Shown here piece by piece: positions 56,213 to 64,000 of a stretch of DNA of 64,000 nucleotides. The position numbers and the translations under genes were made by a program. The notes below the pieces were generated by a model. That model saw only the letters and a list, made by a program, of their open reading frames with translations, did not search any database and was not told the DNA's origin. Source of the DNA: a virus; IMG/VR virus record IMGVR_UViG_3300018432_000001, positions 32,001-96,000 of that record; one strand, written 5' to 3'. How positions within the stretch are numbered: the first letter of the stretch is position 1; the number at the start of each line of letters is the position of its first letter.

Positions 56213-56433
56213 TCCCGTTGATCGTGAGTCTGGTCTACACCGTTGCCATGCTGTTCACCGCACGCATGCTCTACCGCAACGCCGTCACCAGCGGCTTCGA
56301 CGTCACCACTCCCGCGCGCCTATTCATGGGCGTCGGCTTCGCCCTGATCTATGCGCTGGCATGGCCGCTGCTGCTGCTGGGCATCGGGGCGGTGCGTTTC
56401 ATCGTGCACCGCGCCAAGGGAGACGTCGCGTGA
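56209..56433 (+). CDS. small two-TM membrane protein
   Basis: ATGA/GTGA overlaps on both sides; two hydrophobic helices. Confidence 0.65.
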   Translation: MIPLIVSLVYTVAMLFTARMLYRNAVTSGFDVTTPARLFMGVGFALIYALAWPLLLLGIGAVRFIVHRAKGDVA

Positions 56434-57095
56434 ACGTCCTGGACTACCTCGAAGACGAGCTGCTGTCGTGCCTGTGCTCGATGCTGCGCACCGAAGGGCG
56501 TCCAGCTTGCGAGTGCCATCACTTCGGCGGTGACGTGCCGCCAGTCGGGGACCGCTGCCAAGCCAACACTGCCGGAGAGAACGGTCAAGTCTGGGTTCGC
56601 CGCATCTCGCAGGCGATCGAGGTCGATCCCGAAGACATCACGTTCGGTGGCCTCCCGTGCGCGAGTTCCTGGCAGGCGCAGATCGAGCTGGGCATCTACC
56701 GGTGCATCACCGCCATCCCCGACGACAACGGGAATGCACCATCACCGGCGGCCTACGACGCCGACCGGGATCTGCTCGTCGCTGATCGGGCGACCCTCGC
56801 GCAGGTGCTGTGCTGCTGGCCACTGGTCGGTGAGGCGCCCACTCCGGTGCCCTTCGACCTGCCTATCTCGGTGATCGCGGCGCAGATCCTGCCACTGGGG
56901 CCCACCGGAGGGTGTGCCGGTTCGATCTTGACGCTCGTTGTCAACGCGCCGCTCATCGTCGAAGAGCCCGTGGCGCAGCTGGTCGCCGGTGTCGATGCCG
57001 ATCCTGCCGACCCGAGTGGTCAGACCGCCGTGGTCACCTGGCGAAACGAACCTGCGGAGGAGGTCTTCATTTCGCGTCCAGCCGGAGGTGGTTAA
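56430..57095 (+). CDS. tail terminator/neck-like protein with C-terminal half-PKD tag
   Basis: GQVWVR, ELGIYRC, PLGPTGGCAG; tail LVAGVDADPADPSGQTAVVTWRN. Confidence 0.7.
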   Translation: MNVLDYLEDELLSCLCSMLRTEGRPACECHHFGGDVPPVGDRCQANTAGENGQVWVRRISQAIEVDPEDITFGGLPCASSWQAQIELGIYRCITAIPDDNGNAPSPAAYDADRDLLVADRATLAQVLCCWPLVGEAPTPVPFDLPISVIAAQILPLGPTGGCAGSILTLVVNAPLIVEEPVAQLVAGVDADPADPSGQTAVVTWRNEPAEEVFISRPAGGG

Positions 57096-57577
57096 TGGTC
57101 ATCCGGTTGCGCGTAACGCGCGTCGACATCAACATGGCCGAAGCCAACCGGTTGCTGAACTCTCCGCAGGGCGAAGTGGCGTCGTTGGTGGTGCTGACGT
57201 CGCAGCGGGTGCGGGCGATGTGCGTGCAGCAGACCCCTGTGCAGGACGGCGACATGAAGGCCAGCTACGGGTTCGCGCTGCGTGTGCGGCCCTTCCGGTA
57301 CATCATGGGCCGCGTTATGAACTTCGACGAGGCGGCGCTGTGGGTGCAGATCGGCACCGGGATCTATGGCAAACGGGGACGACCGATCACGCCGAACACG
57401 AAGCGGTTCCTGCGGTTCGAAGGCAAACGAGATGGTGCGCTGCTGTATCGGCGGTCGGTGAAAGGACAACCGGCAAACCCGTTCATGTTGCGTGGCCTGA
57501 TCAGGGGGACGTCGGGGCGCCAGCGGTGGGTGATCACGCCCGGTTCGGGGGTGCGGAACATCGGGTCGGGACCGTGA
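57095..57577 (+). CDS. HK97 gp10-like neck/tail completion protein
   Basis: TPVQDG.MKAS...ALWVQIGTG...LRF...VKGQPANPFM. Confidence 0.75.
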   Translation: MVIRLRVTRVDINMAEANRLLNSPQGEVASLVVLTSQRVRAMCVQQTPVQDGDMKASYGFALRVRPFRYIMGRVMNFDEAALWVQIGTGIYGKRGRPITPNTKRFLRFEGKRDGALLYRRSVKGQPANPFMLRGLIRGTSGRQRWVITPGSGVRNIGSGP

Positions 57578-57632
57578 CACACCGGAACCCAAATGTCTGA
57601 TTTAGTCGCATTAGTAGGGTTAGATCCTTTAT

Positions 57633-58145
57633 GTGACTGATGATCTGTTTACCTCGCGTCCGCTGGCCGATGCCCAGAAGCAGTACGCCAAGACCAGCCC
57701 CGCCGCGCAGCCGCAGAACGGGGCCCAGCCGCAGCGGGCCATCCGGCCGCAGCCCATTCTCGACATCAACCTCGACGATGTTCCCGAGACTTCCTACGCC
57801 GAATTCGTGTTCCAGCTCAAAGGCAACATCTACACCCTCGGCATCGACGACGACACCGTGCTGTTCGACATCGCCGAGATGAGCATGGACGAGGTCAGCC
57901 CCACCGACCTCTTCGAGTACTTCTTCGAACGCACTTTCCGGCGCGCCGTCGACGAGAACGGCGACGAGATCGACGACGGCCTCGGCGTGCTCCTGCGGGC
58001 CACCGCCGCCCGCCCGCGCGACAACTCCCGTCCGGTGCCCAGGCAGCAGCTGCTGCGGATCATGAACACGGCCGTCGAGGACTGGATGGGCGAGCTCACC
58101 GACACGAACATGCGGCCTAAGCGCCGTTCGGGTCGCCGTCGTTGA
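57633..58145 (+). CDS. tail assembly chaperone
   Basis: Acidic protein with basic tail two genes before tape measure. Confidence 0.6.
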   Translation: MTDDLFTSRPLADAQKQYAKTSPAAQPQNGAQPQRAIRPQPILDINLDDVPETSYAEFVFQLKGNIYTLGIDDDTVLFDIAEMSMDEVSPTDLFEYFFERTFRRAVDENGDEIDDGLGVLLRATAARPRDNSRPVPRQQLLRIMNTAVEDWMGELTDTNMRPKRRSGRRR

Positions 58146-58672
58146 TCTCCTCGTTCGCCACCACTGTCCACATGCCTGGGATCTCGCCCGACCGCGTGCT
58201 GCTGCGCATCGACGACGAGGACTTCGAGTTGCCGGTTCCAGGCGCGCAGCGCCTCCTGGACATCGGTGCCTCCTACGGATGGCGCCATCTCATGCCCGAC
58301 GGCCTGGTCACGGTGGACAAGGAGCGCATGTACGAGCGCCTGAAAGACCCCGAGGACTTGATGAGCTGGAAGCGGCTGCACGTGATCGCGCAGCCGCTGG
58401 GGCTCTATCTCTACGGGTTCCCGTTCTTCGTGGCCTCGCGCGCGCTGGGAACGCTGCGGCACTACCTCACGTCGTTTCGCATGTGGTCGGTATGCAACCT
58501 GCGGATCGATCTGGCCACGGCGAGCGCGGCCGACTGGTGCGCGGCGGCGGTGACGTGGCTGGTGCAGACCGGTGACAAGGAGGAGAAGCGGCTGGAGATG
58601 TGGGCGCAGCTGACGACGCCGGGGGTGTTGCCCATGGAAGCGCCGGGGGTGAGCCCCGATTGGATGGCTTAA
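58142..58672 (+). CDS. second tail assembly chaperone-like protein
   Basis: Directly before tape measure; TTGA overlap; start uncertain. Confidence 0.6.
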   Translation: MISSFATTVHMPGISPDRVLLRIDDEDFELPVPGAQRLLDIGASYGWRHLMPDGLVTVDKERMYERLKDPEDLMSWKRLHVIAQPLGLYLYGFPFFVASRALGTLRHYLTSFRMWSVCNLRIDLATASAADWCAAAVTWLVQTGDKEEKRLEMWAQLTTPGVLPMEAPGVSPDWMA

Positions 58673-58739
58673 CTAACCACAAGACGTACCATAATACCCG
58701 TATGCCCGATTTGTGATCTAATGAGAACTTGGGGGGGTT

Positions 58740-61700
58740 ATGGCAGTAATTGCGACTGCAGAAGTTCGCGTTGTCGCCGACACCTCCCGGTTCCTCTCCA
58801 ACCTGCGGCGCCAACTGCGCGGTGCCTTCAGCCAAATCGGCGCCCAAGCTGCCCAGCAGTTCACCAACGCCTTCAACCAGAACATCGGCAACCAGTTCAC
58901 CGGCGGTCTTCGCCGCGCAGGCCAGCAAGGTGGCGTCTCCTTCACCGACGGATTGCGCACCGCCCTGCGCCGAGGGCTGCGCGGCATCCAGATCCTCGGC
59001 TTCCTCAACCTCGCCATCGTCCAAGGCCTCCAAGGGGCTGCGCAGCTGGTCTCCAGGGGGTTGCGCGTTGCCTTCGTGGAGGGTGGCCGTGGCATCGTCA
59101 CCGCGTTCCAGAACGCCGTGGTCAACCCCCTACGCACCTTGATCGGGAACCTCTTCGGCCGGGCGCTGAACGCCACGCTGTCGCGTCTGGCACCCCTGTT
59201 CGCCGCTGCCGGAGCCGCAGCCCGCAACGCCTTCTTCAGCCAGATGGCCGGAATCGGCGCGGCCATCACGAATTTCATCAACAGCCCCGTCGGCCAGGCA
59301 CTGGGTCGCATCCCGGCGCTGTTCCGCGCCGCAGGCGACCTCGCTCGTGAGGCGTTCTTCCAGCGTATGGCCGGAATCGGCGCGGGCATCATGAACATCA
59401 TCGAAGGGCCGATCGGGCGCGCCGCCACCCGCATCGGGCAGCTCTTCGGCGCGGCCGGTGACCTGGCGCGCGAGTCGTTCTTCCGCAGTATGGCGGGCAT
59501 TGGCGCCGGGATCACGAACTTCATCGAGAGCCCGGTCGGCCGGGCACTGGGCAGGCTTCCCGCGCTGTTCCGCGCCGCAGGCGACCTGGCCCGCGAGGCG
59601 TTCTTCCAGCGCATGGCGGGCATCGGTGCGCTCATCACCAATGTTCTGGAAAGTCCGATCGGACGTGCCCTGGGTCGCCTCCCGGCGCTGTTCCAGGCGT
59701 TCGGCACCCGTGCCAGTGATGCGTTCGGGCGCGGTCTGCTGCGGTTGCGCACAGCGGGTACGACGGCCGTCAACAACATCACGCAGGCGATCAACCGTGC
59801 AGGTCCACGTATTCAGGCAGCGGCCACCCGTGCGTTCGGTCCCGCTGCGCAGAGCGTCCAGCGGGCCTTCAACCTCATCCCCTGGGCACGCATCGGCCAG
59901 GGCATCGGCCAGTTGTTCGGCCGGGGTGTCGGCGATGGAGCTGAGGAGGAGACGCAGCGGCGCGGCCAGAGCATCGGCGCGCGCTTCGGATCGGCCATGA
60001 CCCGAGGCCTCACCGCCGGGCTGCGCGGCCTCAGCACCGCACTTGCGTCCATCTCGCTGCGGCCCTTGCAAGCCTTGGCCGGAATCTTGGGCAACGCCAC
60101 CAGCGAGATGATCTCCATGGCGGCTCAGGCCCTGGTCGTGGTCGGCCTCCTGGAGTCGCTCTCAGGCGCCCTGTTCGCACTCCCCGCCGTGCTCAACGTC
60201 GTAGGCGCCGGTGTCGCCACCGTCGCCATCGCCTTCAACGGCTTCGGCGCCGCTATCGGCGCGGCCTTCGAAGACACCGCCGCCTTCGAAGAGGCGCTTG
60301 AAGGCCTCGCTCCAGCGGCCCAGAGCGTCGCCCGCGAGTTCCAGGCCATCGCCCCCGCGCTCACCGACATGCGCCTGGGCGCGCAGGAGGCACTGTTCTC
60401 CCAGCTCGCAGGCACCATCACTGCCGTTGCCGATAACCTGCTCGGCCCCCTCAGCGAGGGCCTGAACCTCGCTGCCGCGTCTTTCGGGGGGATCGTCGCC
60501 GGGATCGGCGAGTTCCTCGCCCAGAGCGCCACCGCTGGCACCGTTACCGCCACGTTCGCGACGCTTTCCGCCATCTTCGACGCGCTCGCGGTGTCCACAG
60601 TGCCATTCCTGGAGGCGATGCGCCTCCTGGCCGACACCTTCCTGCCTCGAATCGCCGAAGCAGCCGGTCCCCTCGCCGGGCTCGGCGCCCAGTTCCAGGC
60701 CTGGACTGAGCAGGTCGTCGCCTCCGGCGACGCCATGGCCGCCTTCGACTTCGCCATTCAGGTGTTTCAGCAGCTCGCCGGGGTAGTCGGCAGTCTCGCC
60801 GGGATCTTCCAGGCAGTCTTCTCAGCTGCCGAGCTCGCCGGTGTCGACGCGCTGGGCGCCATCGGCGAAGGACTCGAAGTCGTCCGCACCACCTTCGAAT
60901 CGTTCGAGGGGCAAGCGGCCCTGGCAAACGTGTTCGCGGCCATCGGCACCACCGTGCAGGCCCTAGCGCCCGTCTTCGCCACCCTGGTGACCCAGCTCGG
61001 CCTCGTCTTCCCGATCGTCGGGCTGATCGCCGAGGCGCTGGGCCCCAGCTTGTCGGTCGTCCTCGAAGGACTCGGGCAGGCCCTGCTCGCCCTCGGCCCC
61101 GGCGTCGTCGAGGTCTTCGCCGGGATCGCCGCCGCCGCTGAAGCCATTGCCCCCTCCCTCGCCCCCCTTGGCGCGGCCATCGGCGCCGTACTGACAGCGA
61201 TCGCACCGATACTCCCTGTGATCGGCGAGCTGATCGGGATCGTCGTCACCCTCGGTGCGCAGATCCTCTCAGTGTTGGCAAGCGCGATCATGCCGATCGT
61301 GCAGGCGCTCGCAGGCGCCCTAGCTCCAGTTTTGCCCCTTATTGCCGATTTGTTCACCAGGCTGGTCACGGCGCTCGCGCCCGTGATCGAGGCTCTGGGC
61401 GCCGGGCTGGCAAGCGTTATCGCGACCCTGCTGCCGCCGATTCTGCAGCTCGTCGCCGCGCTCGCGGAGGCCTTGATGCCGATCATCGAGGCGCTTTTGC
61501 CCGTTTTGACCCCAATTATTGAGATTTTCTTCCAACTGGTCAATGTGATCGGTTCGTTGCTCGTTCCCATCATTTCCCTGCTTTTGCCCATTATTGAGGC
61601 ACTTAGTCCGGTTTTGCAGCTGGTCGGGCTCGTCCTCGCTCCCCTGCTGGAGCTCTTCTCGGCGATCCTGGAGCCGATCACCACGCTGATCACGCTGATC

Positions 61701-62528
61701 GCGGGCCTGCTCACGCCCGTGATCGAGTTCCTGGCCGAGATCATCGGCGCGATCATCGGTGCCGCGCTGACGCCGCTGACCGCCGCCTTCGGGTTCCTGG
61801 CCGACATCCTCGCTGACCACGTCATTCCGTGGTTCGAGGAGAGCACCGCGATCCTGAAGCTGTTCTGGGAGACCGCGATTGAGCCGCTGATCGAGTGGAT
61901 CGGTCGGCTCAGCAGCGGGGTCACCGAGCGATTCGGCACTATCCGTGACGCAGTGACCACTCTCTGGAATCTGTGGAAAAACCGGTTCGACCTCATGGAG
62001 AGCCTGATCGAGACCGTGGTCGACGTGGTCTCCGACGCGGCAGGCAACATCGGTGACTTCTTCAGTAACATGGGCGACACGATCAGTGACGTCTTTGACA
62101 ACATGCTGGACGGCCTGCGCAGCGCCCGCGACACCATCTCCGGCATCGTCGACTCGATCGTCGGATTCGTCCAGGACGCCATCAACACCGCCCAGAACCT
62201 CGGCGACATCGACCTCAACCCGTTCGCCAACGGCGGCATCGTCAACGGACCCACCGCCGCGCTCATCGGCGAAGCGGGACGCGAGGTCGTCATCCCCCTC
62301 ACCCGGCCCCAGCGCGCCGCCGAACTCGCCCAGCAGTCGGGACTCATCGATCTGCTCGCTGCCCAAGGCGCTCTTGGTGGAGCTTCCATCAGCGGCACAC
62401 CAGCCGGTCCTGTCGTCGGTGAGATGCACGTCCACTCCCAAAACGCCGATCCCGAGCAGGTCGCTCGCAAGGCGCTGCGAATCATCGAGCGCCGCATGGG
62501 CGGCCGGGGATTGGAGCGACTCTCATGA
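58740..62528 (+). CDS. tape measure protein
   Basis: 1262 aa A/G/L-rich; IATAEVRVVADTSRF start; FANGGIV.GPT.ALIGEAG.EVVIPL C-terminal motif. Confidence 0.92.
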   Translation: MAVIATAEVRVVADTSRFLSNLRRQLRGAFSQIGAQAAQQFTNAFNQNIGNQFTGGLRRAGQQGGVSFTDGLRTALRRGLRGIQILGFLNLAIVQGLQGAAQLVSRGLRVAFVEGGRGIVTAFQNAVVNPLRTLIGNLFGRALNATLSRLAPLFAAAGAAARNAFFSQMAGIGAAITNFINSPVGQALGRIPALFRAAGDLAREAFFQRMAGIGAGIMNIIEGPIGRAATRIGQLFGAAGDLARESFFRSMAGIGAGITNFIESPVGRALGRLPALFRAAGDLAREAFFQRMAGIGALITNVLESPIGRALGRLPALFQAFGTRASDAFGRGLLRLRTAGTTAVNNITQAINRAGPRIQAAATRAFGPAAQSVQRAFNLIPWARIGQGIGQLFGRGVGDGAEEETQRRGQSIGARFGSAMTRGLTAGLRGLSTALASISLRPLQALAGILGNATSEMISMAAQALVVVGLLESLSGALFALPAVLNVVGAGVATVAIAFNGFGAAIGAAFEDTAAFEEALEGLAPAAQSVAREFQAIAPALTDMRLGAQEALFSQLAGTITAVADNLLGPLSEGLNLAAASFGGIVAGIGEFLAQSATAGTVTATFATLSAIFDALAVSTVPFLEAMRLLADTFLPRIAEAAGPLAGLGAQFQAWTEQVVASGDAMAAFDFAIQVFQQLAGVVGSLAGIFQAVFSAAELAGVDALGAIGEGLEVVRTTFESFEGQAALANVFAAIGTTVQALAPVFATLVTQLGLVFPIVGLIAEALGPSLSVVLEGLGQALLALGPGVVEVFAGIAAAAEAIAPSLAPLGAAIGAVLTAIAPILPVIGELIGIVVTLGAQILSVLASAIMPIVQALAGALAPVLPLIADLFTRLVTALAPVIEALGAGLASVIATLLPPILQLVAALAEALMPIIEALLPVLTPIIEIFFQLVNVIGSLLVPIISLLLPIIEALSPVLQLVGLVLAPLLELFSAILEPITTLITLIAGLLTPVIEFLAEIIGAIIGAALTPLTAAFGFLADILADHVIPWFEESTAILKLFWETAIEPLIEWIGRLSSGVTERFGTIRDAVTTLWNLWKNRFDLMESLIETVVDVVSDAAGNIGDFFSNMGDTISDVFDNMLDGLRSARDTISGIVDSIVGFVQDAINTAQNLGDIDLNPFANGGIVNGPTAALIGEAGREVVIPLTRPQRAAELAQQSGLIDLLAAQGALGGASISGTPAGPVVGEMHVHSQNADPEQVARKALRIIERRMGGRGLERLS
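59190..59700 (+). repeat. four 40-aa (120-bp) repeats within tape measure
   Basis: LFRAAGDLAREAFFQRMAGIGAxITNxIESPxGRALGRLPA units. Confidence 0.85.
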
Positions 62529-63736
62529 TAACCGACCGCGCCGGATGGATGAGCTTCGACGGCACCGAGGTCATCAACTCCGCACGTCTGGCCGCCTACC
62601 TCGCGCACAGCCCGTGCGACCCCGGGGCGGTCACCATCTGCGTGCCGTGCCCCGAGCTCGTCGCCGAAGTCTCTGACCCCCCGTTCATCTCCCCCCAGGC
62701 CGATGTCGCCCCCTGGTACGACCTGGCAGTACCGGTGTCGGCCGAATTCCTCGGCATCGGCGGCGTCGACATCGAGGGCCTGTGGATGCATCCTTCCGAG
62801 GTCGTCGACGGCGTCATCGTCCGCGACATGACCATCCGCGTCATCCTCGCCGGACTGTCCGAAGCCGCCGTGTCGTACGGCTTGGCGTGGCTGTCGATGG
62901 CACTCACCGGCTCCTACTGCCCCACAGGCTCGTGCATCGGCGGCCAGATGTGCGTCGCTGTGGCATGCCCGACTGCGACCGCACCCGACCCGGTTCGCAC
63001 GCTCGTGGACGTCTCAGCGCTGGAGCGCCCGCAAGTCCTGTCGATCTGGCGCTCAGGACTGGTGACGTTCTGGGAGGTCGAGTTCGTCATGCGAAGCCGC
63101 AATGTCGGATTGTTCCAGGACGCGGACATCAACCTGGTGTTCAACGCGGCGAGCGCGGAGCGGACCACCGTCAACCTGCTGGACGCCTACGAGAACTGCG
63201 CGATTGTCACGCCGTGCGCGACTGATCCCGAATGCCCGCGCCCGATCATCCCTGAAGTGCCCGAGGCGCCCCTGGACGCCTGCTACCCGGTCGAAGACTT
63301 CGAGGCCTACCACCAGATCGCGTCTGTGGAGGGCACGAGTGTCCCCTCCTGGCTGGAGCTGGTGCCGGTGATCCGCATCCGCGCCGGAGACGCGGACCTG
63401 CGCAACGTGACCATCCGGTTCTACCAGAACCCGCTCGGTCTGGACTGCACCGATCTGATCGCGGTCGATCCGTGTATGGCCTGCACCGACATCACGGTCT
63501 TGTTCGTTCCTTCCGGGGGCGAGACGGTCATCGACGGACGCGTCTCACGCGCCCAAACCGTATGCCTCGGCGGCGATGTCGACGTCCCGGCACTCTACGG
63601 ACCCGGCGGTCGCACGTTCTCCTGGCCGACGTTCTCCTGCGGCTACGGACTCTGCGTCGAAGTACTCGCCGCCGTCGGCGCCGACATCGAAGCGCAAGTC
63701 GACGTCGCCCTCTACACCCGATGGGAAGCCGCCTGA
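62525..63736 (+). CDS. minor tail protein (distal-tail position), Cys-rich
   Basis: GTEVINSARLAAY, APWYD...SAEFLG, LRNVTIRFYQNP; follows tape measure. Confidence 0.8.
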   Translation: MITDRAGWMSFDGTEVINSARLAAYLAHSPCDPGAVTICVPCPELVAEVSDPPFISPQADVAPWYDLAVPVSAEFLGIGGVDIEGLWMHPSEVVDGVIVRDMTIRVILAGLSEAAVSYGLAWLSMALTGSYCPTGSCIGGQMCVAVACPTATAPDPVRTLVDVSALERPQVLSIWRSGLVTFWEVEFVMRSRNVGLFQDADINLVFNAASAERTTVNLLDAYENCAIVTPCATDPECPRPIIPEVPEAPLDACYPVEDFEAYHQIASVEGTSVPSWLELVPVIRIRAGDADLRNVTIRFYQNPLGLDCTDLIAVDPCMACTDITVLFVPSGGETVIDGRVSRAQTVCLGGDVDVPALYGPGGRTFSWPTFSCGYGLCVEVLAAVGADIEAQVDVALYTRWEAA

Positions 63737-64000
63737 TGGTGTCGCTATCGCCGCTGCTGGGATGCGCCGGGCAGTACCGTGTGGAGGTCTACCTCCTGCA
63801 ACGCACTGACAACAACGACAACCCGCTGCCGGTACCGGAGATGCGGTTCATCGGCGTCCTTGAAGGCATCACCCAGGTCACCTGGACCCGGCGGCTTCGC
63901 GCCTTCTCCGAAGCGATCATCACGCTCGACTTCAACCAAGCGTCACCGGAGTGCTGCCGCCTGTTCGACATCGTCGCCAACTCGGTGCGCGTGGCGCAGC
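63736..64000 (+). CDS. minor tail protein (partial)
   Basis: TGATG overlap; LGCAGQYRV...VTWTRRLRAFSEA. Confidence 0.7.
   Translation, partial: MVSLSPLLGCAGQYRVEVYLLQRTDNNDNPLPVPEMRFIGVLEGITQVTWTRRLRAFSEAIITLDFNQASPECCRLFDIVANSVRVAQ

Noticed and set aside
58100-58145. Canonical -1 frameshift joining the tail chaperones
   Set aside because: The -1 frame has TAA at 58118-58120 and no XXXYYYZ slippery heptamer lies between it and the stop.

Overview
High-GC segment of a large actinobacteriophage (siphovirus-type) genome. No integrase, lysin or replication genes are visible, so free phage versus prophage cannot be decided. (1) 1-23.5 kb: a long leftward run of about 55 small, mostly unknown early-type genes (ART-like and ArdA-like candidates, a lipoprotein, several paralog families), punctuated by a repeated intergenic hairpin. 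(2) 23.5-26.4 kb: a compositionally distinct, mostly non-coding zone with one atypical ORF, an operator-like palindrome, ten TCCACA boxes and a strand-skew flip; this is a candidate genome end, pac site or origin. (3) 26.5-38.6 kb: mixed block with a TerS-like gene, an inverted TerL, HTH regulators, two DUF6879-like genes, HIT, an alpha/beta hydrolase, tRNA-Tyr and two structured non-coding regions. (4) 38.7-64 kb: rightward virion module resembling Rosebush/cluster-B organisation (portal, protease, separate hexamer and pentamer capsid proteins, PKD-bearing tail tube, FN3/PKD array proteins, neck, chaperones, tape measure, minor tails) with an antisense initiator-like tRNA-Met. Best novelty candidate: a modular virion-decoration system made of (a) a PKD/Ig domain apparently split across the tail-tube gene and the next gene, with the same half-domain tag on a second tail protein, and (b) an unnamed ~100-aa domain present both fused to FN3 arrays and as two standalone genes. 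All family calls are from motif recognition by eye, not database searches; several starts were moved from the ORF track to RBS- or overlap-supported codons.
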